Below, piece after piece: positions 9,607 through 17,831 of a stretch of 64,000 nt of DNA. The number at the start of each line of letters is the position of its first letter. Within the stretch, counting starts at the first letter, position 1. The notes beneath the pieces are model-generated. The model searched no databases and was not told the DNA's origin. It saw only the letters and a program-made list of their open reading frames with translations. This stretch comes from Acidobacteria bacterium RIFCSPLOWO2_02_FULL_67_21 (GTDB taxonomy: Bacteria > Acidobacteriota > Vicinamibacteria > Vicinamibacterales > UBA2999): contig MEKU01000003.1 of the NCBI GenBank assembly GCA_001767195.1, positions 20,710-84,709 of the forward strand, read 5' to 3'. The translations under genes and the position numbers were made by a program.

Positions 9607-11031
9607 CTACTTCGCGAGTTCGGGCGCGTCGATCTGACCGCCGCCTCCCTCGAGCGCCTCGCCGAGGTCCCCGCCCCGAGGCAGGAAACGCCGCTGAAGC
9701 GTGGGCAACGGCGGCACCTCGTCGGGGTTCAGCGGCCGCACCAGAATTGGTGTGATGAGGACGAGCAGTTCAGTCTGTTCCGCGCGCTCGGCCTTGCTCC
9801 GGAAGAGATGGCCGATGATCGGAATCCGCGCGAGCCCGGGGACTTCCTGGACATCGTCCTGCGACAGGTTGTTGAGCAGCCCCGCGATGGCGAATGACTG
9901 GCCGTCACGAAGTTCCACATCCGTCTCCGCGCGCCTCGTCGCGAGCGCCGGGATACGAAATCCCGACAGGACGATCCCGTTCGGGAAATCGAGCGTGCTC
10001 ACTTCCGGCCGCACGCGAAGGCGAATGGTGTCGCCGGCGACCGTAGGCGTGAAATTCAGGCGAACACCGTATTCCTTGTACTCAATCGAGACTGCATTGC
10101 TGATTCCCGAGACGACAGGGATCGGGATTTCACCGCCAGCCAGAAAGCTTGCTTCCTGACCGTTGTAGGCGATGAGATTGGGCTCGGCGAGACTCTGAAA
10201 CAGTCCGCGCCCGCGAAGGGCGCGAATCATGGCGCCAACGTCGTACTTCTGGCTGAAGAGGAAGATGTTGAGAAAGTCCCCGAACGTGAACTCGCCCTTC
10301 GCGCTCGTCACGTCCGCGCCGATATCGCTGCTTGCCTTCGACGACTCCAGCCCGTCAAAGCCAGGCGCCGCGAACTGCTCCGTCGTGGTGCGCCCAAGCG
10401 TGTTCTTGATGCCTGTTGGGCTGGTGAACAGCGAAACGCCGAGCTCCATCAGGGCACGGCGGCTGACTTCAGCAAACCGGACCTGCAGCATCACCTGCTG
10501 ACTGCCGGCGCCGCCGGGAAGCTGCAGGAGGTTGATCACCTTTGATTTCGGCGCCGTGGCCGCGGCGATCTCACCGGAACGCAGTGACACCGCGTTGCTC
10601 GAGGCCCTCCCCGAAAGAATGACGGCGTCGCCGTTTGTGCTGACGCTGATGTCCTCTCCCGGAAACAGCGCCTGCAGCCGCTGCTGGAGCGTCGAGATAC
10701 CCGGATCCACCACGATGTCGTACTGGCGGCGCTCGGTGCCTCCCCAGACGATGAGGCTGATCGTCCCGGGCGCCTTTCCGTCGATCAGCACCTCTCGGGG
10801 CTGTACGACCACCGCGTCGGCGACGGCTGGATCGGTCACCGCAATCCGCGTGATGTCGAAGTCGGTCGGCAGCACGGTCGATCGGCCGGCGGTCAGCGTA
10901 ATCTTCGGGAACGCCGCCGGGCCAGCCTGCTGGGCTCCGATCACGAGGGCAGGCGACCCCATCCCGGTCACGAGCGTCAGCACCACAATCGTCGCAAGTC
11001 GCTTCTGAACCACGGCACGCATCCTCATCAC
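9607..11031 (-). CDS. cpaC: Flp pilus secretin CpaC/RcpA
   Basis: 474 aa with a signal peptide, a BON-like N-domain (ITRIAVTDPAVADAVVV) and a secretin C-domain (GQSFAIAGLL, VPGLARIPIIGHLFRS). Confidence 0.9.
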   Translation of the reverse strand: MMRMRAVVQKRLATIVVLTLVTGMGSPALVIGAQQAGPAAFPKITLTAGRSTVLPTDFDITRIAVTDPAVADAVVVQPREVLIDGKAPGTISLIVWGGTERRQYDIVVDPGISTLQQRLQALFPGEDISVSTNGDAVILSGRASSNAVSLRSGEIAAATAPKSKVINLLQLPGGAGSQQVMLQVRFAEVSRRALMELGVSLFTSPTGIKNTLGRTTTEQFAAPGFDGLESSKASSDIGADVTSAKGEFTFGDFLNIFLFSQKYDVGAMIRALRGRGLFQSLAEPNLIAYNGQEASFLAGGEIPIPVVSGISNAVSIEYKEYGVRLNFTPTVAGDTIRLRVRPEVSTLDFPNGIVLSGFRIPALATRRAETDVELRDGQSFAIAGLLNNLSQDDVQEVPGLARIPIIGHLFRSKAERAEQTELLVLITPILVRPLNPDEVPPLPTLQRRFLPRGGDLGEALEGGGGQIDAPELAK

Positions 11032-11067
11032 GTCGTCACCTGCTCAATGAACTGCGTCTGGGCTTTC

Positions 11068-11949
11068 TCAACGAACGGCATCCAGGACCTTTTCTTCGAC
11101 CCGCTTGGCCGCGCGGATCGTCTCGACGGTATAGGTCGTCCGAACCATCGGCACTACGGGCGGCATCGGGGGCGGCGGGGCGGACGCCGGCTTCGCGCGT
11201 GGCGCGCGCGCGGCTGGAGCCGGTGACGGCGCCGGCCCGAACAGCGTGGCCTTTCGGACGCCAACCGTCGCGCTCGGTTCGACATCAAGTGGATTTCGAA
11301 GCGCGAGCATCAGCTCCCCCTGTGATTGCGCAAGGGCGACCTTCTCCGCGTCCTCCGCGGTGACCATCAGCGTCACGACCGTCGAGCGAATCGGCTTACC
11401 CTCCTGCTTCGCTTCCTCCTGGTCGTACCGTGTTCCCGCACTCAGGACCTGAACATTGCTGACGACAACGCGCGCCATCGTATCGTTCCTGTTGTCGCCT
11501 TCGATGATGGTGAGGACGTCCACACGGGTGCCGGGCACGACGAATCCCGCCACACCGATGACTTCATTGACCTTCACCGACATCGCGCGCATCCCCGGTG
11601 TGATGGTCGGAGGAAGACCGGCGCCGGCCTCCTTCGGGGCAAGTTTGGATTCGGTGAGCGGCTCATTTTCGACAATCGGGACGATCAGCCCACGATCCAC
11701 GACGTCCTCAACACTGGAAAACCCGTGCTGCAGCGGCGTCCTCGCGGGCCAGTCCACCAGCTTCACCGACTCAGCGGTGATCAGCGTGCCGACCGGCATC
11801 GCCGCGGCCGCGACCACGGCGTGCTGGGTCGCGATCTCGACCCGCCGCTCCGGAATGCTCGCGATGGCGGCGTACACGCCGTAGCTGGCGATCGCTGCCG
11901 CACCAACCGCAATGACGAGGACGAGTAGCGTTCTTCTTTGACGATTCAT
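11068..11949 (-). CDS. cpaB: Flp pilus assembly protein CpaB/RcpC (SAF domain)
   Basis: 293 aa with an N-terminal TM helix (LLVLVIAVGAAAIASYGVYAAI), SAF/RcpC-like domains and a Pro/Ala-rich tail. It lies immediately upstream of the secretin. Confidence 0.85.
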   Translation of the reverse strand: MNRQRRTLLVLVIAVGAAAIASYGVYAAIASIPERRVEIATQHAVVAAAAMPVGTLITAESVKLVDWPARTPLQHGFSSVEDVVDRGLIVPIVENEPLTESKLAPKEAGAGLPPTITPGMRAMSVKVNEVIGVAGFVVPGTRVDVLTIIEGDNRNDTMARVVVSNVQVLSAGTRYDQEEAKQEGKPIRSTVVTLMVTAEDAEKVALAQSQGELMLALRNPLDVEPSATVGVRKATLFGPAPSPAPAARAPRAKPASAPPPPMPPVVPMVRTTYTVETIRAAKRVEEKVLDAVR

Positions 11950-11967
11950 CTGATGACCTCACTGCAA

Positions 11968-12441
11968 TCAGGGACACTCTCCGGCGGACGCCTCCGTCCG
12001 CATGATGGACGATGCGCTCAACGTCACTGTGCCCCAGCTGCCGCCGAAGTAACTGGCGATGCCGCTGAGAAAGGTGACTGGATGCGGGTACGACACGTCG
12101 ACGTCGATCGTCCATGCACAGCTCGCTCCGACCGGCAGCGCCACAGGGGCACCAACACTTGCGGTGGCAAGGGACGAATCCAAACCGGCTGCGTCAAGAT
12201 ATTGGTCCACCCTCGTAATCGCATCGTCTGGCTCATAGGTCGGCAGGACCGCAATACGCGCGCCTTCCCGCGCCGCGTTCGTGACGACCTCGTACTGCTG
12301 AAACATGAACCCGAATTCGATGATCCCGAGCACCACGAGCAGCAGGAGTGGAAACGTCAGCGCGAATTCGATCACCTCGGCGCCCTGCTCATCGCGCCAC
12401 GCGCCCGTTCGCAGCCGTCGTTTCAGGGGCGAAGAAACCAT
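11968..12441 (-). CDS. TadE-like pseudopilin
   Basis: Only the C-terminal 157 aa of ORF 11968..12930 are credible: MVSSPLKRRLRTGAWRDEQGAEVIEFALTFPLLLLVVLGIIEFG is the TadE N-terminal motif. The upstream part overlaps the peptidase gene in another frame. An alternative start is at 12474. Confidence 0.75.
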   Translation of the reverse strand: MVSSPLKRRLRTGAWRDEQGAEVIEFALTFPLLLLVVLGIIEFGFMFQQYEVVTNAAREGARIAVLPTYEPDDAITRVDQYLDAAGLDSSLATASVGAPVALPVGASCAWTIDVDVSYPHPVTFLSGIASYFGGSWGTVTLSASSIMRTEASAGECP

Positions 12442-12974
12442 GCCGCCTCCGCCTGCGCCGATGAATAGCGCCATATCGTCACCACCAAGCCAGCGAGTAT
12501 CGGAACTGCATAGGCGAGGCGAGGGCCGCGACTCCCCGCCAGTGATACCTCGGGCAGCGGTCGAAACCCGGCGACTCGCCAATGCATCAGCAAGAGAGAA
12601 ATGTTCGAGAGAGCTTTCCTCAGGTATCCGTGAGACAGGCCGATGACGACTGCGAGCCCCCCCCCGATGATTCCCGTGTAGAGCGCCGTCCATACAACAG
12701 CCGCGGGACCAACCCATGCGCCAATGGCCGCGAGCAGCTTGACGTCGCCCCCTCCCAGCCCTCCGAGGGCGAACGGGATGAAGAACACAGCCGCCCCTGC
12801 CAGCCAGCCGGCAACGGAAACAAGAAGGCCCTCCCCGCGGCCAACCACCGCGTAGAAGAAGAATGCGGCCAGGGCAGCCAGAAGTGTCAGCACATTGGGA
12901 ATCTTTCGCGTCCGGAGATCCGTGACGCATGCCACCGCGGCGATGCCTAGCGCGACTATGTAAGGTGTTTCCAT
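12423..12974 (-). CDS. tadV: A24-family prepilin peptidase CpaA/TadV
   Basis: 183-aa polytopic protein with the two Asp motifs expected of the family (CVTDLRTRKIPN and GGGDVKLL). Confidence 0.85.
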   Translation of the reverse strand: METPYIVALGIAAVACVTDLRTRKIPNVLTLLAALAAFFFYAVVGRGEGLLVSVAGWLAGAAVFFIPFALGGLGGGDVKLLAAIGAWVGPAAVVWTALYTGIIGGGLAVVIGLSHGYLRKALSNISLLLMHWRVAGFRPLPEVSLAGSRGPRLAYAVPILAGLVVTIWRYSSAQAEAAWFLRP

Positions 12975-12980
12975 AAATCC

Positions 12981-13175
12981 TCAGGGTGCGGGGTCATTCG
13001 GAATCCATGCGTTGTAGACAGCTGTTCCCCAGTCGCTGAACACCACACCGATTCGGTCCTGTATCGCGGGTAAGAACGCGATCCCGGCGATCCCGATAAT
13101 CGCCGCCAGCAACCCATACTCGACCAGGTCCTGGCCGATGTCGTTTCGTATCAGGCGACGGATGATATCGGGCAT
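12981..13175 (-). CDS. flp: Flp-family type IVb pilin
   Basis: Trimmed to MPDIIRRLIRNDIGQDLVEYGLLAAIIGIAGIAF (64 aa). It has the Flp G-XXXXEY processing motif followed by a hydrophobic helix. Confidence 0.85.
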   Translation of the reverse strand: MPDIIRRLIRNDIGQDLVEYGLLAAIIGIAGIAFLPAIQDRIGVVFSDWGTAVYNAWIPNDPAP

Positions 13176-13242
13176 GAATCTCCAAAGCTTCTCTTTACAA
13201 AATTGGTGGGGCGGACTGTTGTCCGCCCCACCCAGGAACCTG

Positions 13243-13410
13243 CTAACAGGTGATGGCGGCGCAGAGGCCGTCGAAGTACCCCTGGACCTTGGGACCAATC
13301 GTAAGGATGGTGGCAACCGCGCCCACCGTGATGATCCCCACCAGCAGCCCGTACTCGATCAGGTCCTGACCCGAGTCCTGAGCGACGAACCGAACCAACA
13401 GTGCCCTCAT
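13243..13410 (-). CDS. flp: Flp-family type IVb pilin (second copy, Cys-containing C-terminus)
   Basis: Trimmed to MRALLVRFVAQDSGQDLIEYGLLVGIITVGAVATIL...GLCAAITC (55 aa), with the same G-XXXXEY motif. Confidence 0.85.
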   Translation of the reverse strand: MRALLVRFVAQDSGQDLIEYGLLVGIITVGAVATILTIGPKVQGYFDGLCAAITC

Positions 13411-13582
13411 GAAACATCTCCTCCTGAAACAAGTTCCGCACCCGGCCGCTCGTCGACTCGGGCTCCGGCGCCCACTTGAGCAACGAGGCTGCCACGCCTC
13501 ACGCGGATGACGAGCGACGCTTAGCCGATGCAAGCGAAGCACTTAGTGCCTGCGGCGGCGTGCGCGTTCTTGTCCCTCAGAC

Positions 13583-14089
13583 TCAGGAGTCTGCGTTCTT
13601 GTGGACTTTTCTCTGGTCGACTTCGGTGAGCCGGCGGGGGCGAGTCTGCGCCGGACGTGAGCAATCCGGCTGGTGAGGAGCGATGGTGAGGACGTCGCCC
13701 GGAACGACGCCCGATTCGGCAAGGGTCCCGGCCGGCAGTTCGATGACCGCGTACGCACCCCAGGCGGCCGCACATCGCCACGGCGGAACGGCGGCGCGTA
13801 TTTTCAGCACGCGACCGTCCCGCGCGACGAAGGCGACGTCAATCGGATAGCGCATGCCCCATGTGTGAATGGCGTTCGTGGGCGCAATCACCATCGCCTC
13901 TCCACGTTCGAACGTGTCGGTACGGAGAAGCCCGGTGCGGCGGGTGCGTGAGTCGAAGGCCCCGCGGAGTCGCGAGGCGATGGTGTGGCCCGTCCGTGTA
14001 TTGGTCAACCGGTGCCGCCCACCGGGTTCGCGAACGAGTGGTTCCAGGAACGTCAAAGGCCGAGCGCTCACCCTGCCGTTGAGGTGCAC
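13583..14089 (-). CDS. DUF192-domain protein
   Basis: 168 aa. The core MVIAPTNAIHTWGMRYPIDVAFVARDGRVLKI...AVIELPAGTLAESGVVPGDVL resembles the DUF192 (COG1430) pattern. Start and C-terminal tail are uncertain. Confidence 0.6.
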   Translation of the reverse strand: MHLNGRVSARPLTFLEPLVREPGGRHRLTNTRTGHTIASRLRGAFDSRTRRTGLLRTDTFERGEAMVIAPTNAIHTWGMRYPIDVAFVARDGRVLKIRAAVPPWRCAAAWGAYAVIELPAGTLAESGVVPGDVLTIAPHQPDCSRPAQTRPRRLTEVDQRKVHKNADS

Positions 14090-14131
14090 AACTCGCGCCG
14101 CTCAGCCACTTGGGGCTCGACGTCTAACGAA

Positions 14132-14797
14132 TCAGGAAAGTGTTTGCAGAAGGGCGCGCCACCGCGGCAGGGCATCATCCGTGATCGACGCGCCGCAGAT
14201 CCACGTGGATTCGTCCCGCTCGAGGGTCCAGACAAGCTTTGCTGTCACAGACTGACCGATCGATACAAAATTGAGTACGACGTCTGGCGGCAACGCCCCG
14301 TCCCTGCTTACGCCAACCTCGAAGCCGACACCCCGCTCGCTGACATCCAGCACGCGCCCGGGCTTGTCCACCACGCGTATCGCCACCGGGATCACAAGGC
14401 GCCTCCGCGGTGCTGCTCGTCTCGCCGAATTCGCCGCCCCTTGCCCTTTTGCCTCCTCAAGCATCCGTGCGATCAGACTCAGAAGGGCCTCGGGAGAGAT
14501 CGGCTTCACCACGTAATCGGCTCCCAGACGCCTCGCTTCCGCTTCGAGAGTCGAATCAGTGTGTTCCATGACGACGACAGTCGGAATCGACTTTGGCGCC
14601 ATGGCGAGTACATGCAGCCCGTTCTGCATGCCGACACGAACATCAGTAATCAGGAGATCAGGGTCGGCATCCGTCATGGCCTGCATGGCGGAGGGTACAT
14701 TTCCAACCGTCACCGCCTTATAACCGGCGCCCGCAAGAAGTATCGCGAGCCTTTCGCGGGTTGCCGAATCGTCATCGACGACGAGGATCTTGGACAT
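14132..14797 (-). CDS. Response-regulator receiver fused to a PilZ domain (REC-PilZ paralog A)
   Basis: Trimmed to MSKILVVDDD. The receiver has the acidic pocket, phospho-acceptor LLITDVRV, and KP. The C-terminal PilZ has RAAPR (RxxxR) and DVSERG (DxSxxG). It is a paralog of 22350..23012 and 29831..30493. Confidence 0.85.
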   Translation of the reverse strand: MSKILVVDDDSATRERLAILLAGAGYKAVTVGNVPSAMQAMTDADPDLLITDVRVGMQNGLHVLAMAPKSIPTVVVMEHTDSTLEAEARRLGADYVVKPISPEALLSLIARMLEEAKGQGAANSARRAAPRRRLVIPVAIRVVDKPGRVLDVSERGVGFEVGVSRDGALPPDVVLNFVSIGQSVTAKLVWTLERDESTWICGASITDDALPRWRALLQTLS

Positions 14798-15073
14798 CTT
14801 TTCGACGGTCTCAGAGGGAGGGGTACGAATCATCCTGGAGGCGGGACAACCTGTCAACCCAAGAATCCCGGCTCGATCCGGTGCAGGTTCTGACCCCAGC
14901 CAGAAGAATTATCGGGCCGTGGCCTCTTGAGCAATACCCGTCGGTCCTCTAAGTTCCTGAGCGCCTGCCAGATACAGCCCCCGTGCCACGCAGCCGAGCC
15001 GGCGGCGCTCTGCTTGCTCAAACCAGGGCAACCGCGGCGACACGACGTCGCCGTCAGGAGGCAAAGAGCGCGC

Positions 15074-16117
15074 ATGCGCATACTGATTACCGGCGGCGCG
15101 GGCTTCATCGGCTCGCACCTTGCCGAAACGCTGCTGGACCAGGGGCACGACGTCGCCGTCCTGGACGATTTTTCGACCGGCCAGTTCCAGAACATCCGGC
15201 ATCTGGAGCCGCATCGGCATTTCACGTGGGTGCTGGGCTCGGTGAGGGACGAGCGCGTGGTCGGTCCCCTGGTGCGACGCGCCGATGTGGTCTTCCATCT
15301 GGCCGCGGCGGTCGGTGTCAGGCTGGTCGTCGACGCGCCTATTCACACTATCGACACAAATGTGGGCGGCAGCGAGACGGTGCTCCGGCATGCGAAAGCG
15401 TCCGGAGCCCTCGTGGTGATCGCCTCCACTTCAGAGGTGTACGGAAAAGGGATTCAGCTCCCGTTCCGGGAAGACGCCGACCTTGTGCTGGGCCCGCCCC
15501 ATAAATGCCGCTGGGGGTACGCGGCCAGCAAGCTCATAGACGAATTCCTCGCGCTGGCGTACTGGAAGGAGCACCGCCTTCCCACGATCGTCGTGCGGTT
15601 CTTCAACACCGTTGGACCGCGGCAGAACAGCCGCTATGGAATGGTCTTGCCGAATTTCGTCCGCCAGGCGCTGGCGAACGAGCCGATCACGATTCACGGC
15701 GATGGCTCCCAGACTCGCAGCTTCACCTGGGTGGGCGACGTCGTCGGAGCGCTGACGTCGCTCATGGCCGAGCGGCAGGCATTCGGGCAGGTGTTCAACG
15801 TCGGAAACAATCACGAAGTCGCGATCCGCGATCTCGCACAGATGGTGAAAACCATCGCGCGCAGCAGCTCCGACCTGCACTTCGTACCCTATTCGAAGGT
15901 GTGGGACGCCCACTTCGAGGACATGCCGCGCCGGGTCCCTGATATCACGAAGATCCGGGCCCTGGTGGGATTCGAGCCCAGAGTTCAGCTGCCTGACATT
16001 ATCAAGAGAACGCTCGCATATTGGCGGCGCGCCGACGGGGAGCCGGCTGTTGCCGCATCGCGTCAGGTGCGGTCGCTCGGAACACCCGAGTACGCAGCCA
16101 CTGGAGCCGCGCTGTGA
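15074..16117 (+). CDS. NAD-dependent sugar-nucleotide epimerase/dehydratase (UDP-glucuronate decarboxylase-like SDR)
   Basis: Trimmed to MRILITGGAGFIGSHL (Rossmann GxxGxxG), with the catalytic YAASK (YxxxK) motif. Confidence 0.85.
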   Translation: MRILITGGAGFIGSHLAETLLDQGHDVAVLDDFSTGQFQNIRHLEPHRHFTWVLGSVRDERVVGPLVRRADVVFHLAAAVGVRLVVDAPIHTIDTNVGGSETVLRHAKASGALVVIASTSEVYGKGIQLPFREDADLVLGPPHKCRWGYAASKLIDEFLALAYWKEHRLPTIVVRFFNTVGPRQNSRYGMVLPNFVRQALANEPITIHGDGSQTRSFTWVGDVVGALTSLMAERQAFGQVFNVGNNHEVAIRDLAQMVKTIARSSSDLHFVPYSKVWDAHFEDMPRRVPDITKIRALVGFEPRVQLPDIIKRTLAYWRRADGEPAVAASRQVRSLGTPEYAATGAAL

Positions 16118-16881
16118 AGCGGGGCGTTTGCATGGCCTGCGTCTCGATGGTCTGCCTCGCGGGTGCAGCATCCGCGTTCGCTCAGAGCGGACCGTTTCTC
16201 GAAACGGCCGCGGAAGCGTCTCCCGTGCGCATCGGCGACACAGACACGCTCTGGCAAGTCGCACATGCCGCGGGCGGGGTGCAGCAGGACGGCCGGTACG
16301 GCTGGGTTGTCTCGGCAGACCGGCATCGACGGAATCGCGTGGTGAACTGGTCGTTCGGGGCGCAGGGATTCCGCCGCGCAGGCGCCTGGACGGTGAGCGG
16401 ATCGGCGGCCTTCGTCGACAGGCCTGATTTCCTGTTTCGCCGGTCGCTCGAAGGAGAGGTGTCGCGCACGTTGTTTGGTTCGGTAGTCCTTCACGGCGGG
16501 TATCGCCACCTCGAATTCCCCAGCACCACCGTGCGCATCCTGCAGCCTTCCCTCTCCTGGTATCTCCCGCGCGGCGAGATTCAGGGCCGTGGATTTCTTG
16601 TTCGCAACGACGGTACGGGTACCCGTTCCTCGACCATCCTGGTCCGCAGCTCGATCGATGCGTCCCCGCGCGTGCGCCTCGGCGGTGGGGCAGCGATCGG
16701 GGACCGGATCTTCGATGTCGCCACCTTTGCCGACGTCGAGGCGAGGTCGTGGATCGCGTTCGGATCGATTCGCGTCGCGATGACTCCTCAATGGCACATG
16801 GAGCTCGGGATTGGTGGCGCCCACGAGGACCCGTTGTTTTCGCAGCGCACCCTCTCGCTCCGGCTCAGGAGGACCTTCTAA
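16114..16881 (+). CDS. YaiO-like outer-membrane beta-barrel protein
   Basis: The GTG start at 16114 overlaps the epimerase TGA. Signal peptide ...CLAGAASAFAQS, alternating beta-strand pattern, C-terminal ...LSLRLRRTF ending in Phe. Confidence 0.65.
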   Translation: MKRGVCMACVSMVCLAGAASAFAQSGPFLETAAEASPVRIGDTDTLWQVAHAAGGVQQDGRYGWVVSADRHRRNRVVNWSFGAQGFRRAGAWTVSGSAAFVDRPDFLFRRSLEGEVSRTLFGSVVLHGGYRHLEFPSTTVRILQPSLSWYLPRGEIQGRGFLVRNDGTGTRSSTILVRSSIDASPRVRLGGGAAIGDRIFDVATFADVEARSWIAFGSIRVAMTPQWHMELGIGGAHEDPLFSQRTLSLRLRRTF

Positions 16882-17828
16882 TGGGCCCGCTGCTTGACGC
16901 GCTGCTGCTGACAGCTGTCCTCGGCTGGGTCTGCCTTGCAACGGCAGCACTCCTCGATCGTGCGCGGCACGACCGCCGCGTCAGCCGAATGATCGCCGTG
17001 CGGAATCGTTTGCGGGTCGCGGAAGACGGCGAGCTCGAGCGCATCGCGGGGCGGCTGTCGCTTGCCGATGTCGGCGACCTCGTCTCCGACGACGATCTGC
17101 CTGGGCCGATTGCCGAACGCGTGGCGCAGGCGCTGCTCGCCGGGAAGAATCAGACGCGCATCGTCGAGATGGCGAAAGGCCGAACGACGACACATGTATT
17201 GACGCGAATCAGGGCCGCTCAGATCCTCGTGGCCGCAAGGGCCGGTACCGCCCATTTCGTCCTGGATGGCATGCTGCGCTCCACCCACCGCCAGCTGGCG
17301 ACCGGCGCACTCCGCATGCTGGTGCGGTTGAACGACCGCCGGTCTGCACGGCTGCTCATCCGCGCCCTGGCTGACGGCGTGTTCGCGCGCTCGCGTATCG
17401 CGGCAGCGTTTCATGCGATGTCAGTCGAGCGCGTCGACATGCTGGGTACGCTCTTACGGTCGGACGAAGCGATCGTCCGGTACTGGGGCGCGCGTCTGGC
17501 GCTGTTTCTCGGCGCCACGCAGTGGGCAGACACGATGCGGGGGCTCGTGAACGATCACAACCCGCTCGTCCGGCGCGCCGCCGTGGAAGTGATCGGCGCG
17601 CTCGGTGAAGAGCGAGATGTCAAGGTCGTCATCGAGCTGTTCGACGATCCCGCTCCCGCCGTCCGCGCGCATGCCGTCCGCGCATCGGCTGCGTTCTCAT
17701 CGCCGGGACTCGTCGCCGCCTGGCGCCGCCTGCGGCATGACGAGGCGGCGGTCGTGCGGCTGGCGGCGTCGGATCTTCTGGCCACGCAACCCGCGCATCA
17801 ACATCATGTTGCGCCGCTTCCGGCATAA
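16881..17828 (+). CDS. HEAT/armadillo-like repeat membrane-anchored protein
   Basis: The ATG at 16881 overlaps the preceding TAA (TAATG). N-terminal TM helix, then repeats such as NPLVRRAAVEVIGALG and DPAPAVRAHAVRA typical of HEAT_2/PBS-lyase repeats. Confidence 0.65.
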   Translation: MGPLLDALLLTAVLGWVCLATAALLDRARHDRRVSRMIAVRNRLRVAEDGELERIAGRLSLADVGDLVSDDDLPGPIAERVAQALLAGKNQTRIVEMAKGRTTTHVLTRIRAAQILVAARAGTAHFVLDGMLRSTHRQLATGALRMLVRLNDRRSARLLIRALADGVFARSRIAAAFHAMSVERVDMLGTLLRSDEAIVRYWGARLALFLGATQWADTMRGLVNDHNPLVRRAAVEVIGALGEERDVKVVIELFDDPAPAVRAHAVRASAAFSSPGLVAAWRRLRHDEAAVVRLAASDLLATQPAHQHHVAPLPA

Positions 17829-17831
17829 CCA

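Noticed and set aside
11968-12930. Full 320-aa extent of the TadE-like ORF
   Set aside because: The N-terminal ~160 aa overlap the prepilin peptidase gene in another frame and are Arg/Gly-rich nonsense. The TadE motif starts at 12441 or 12474.
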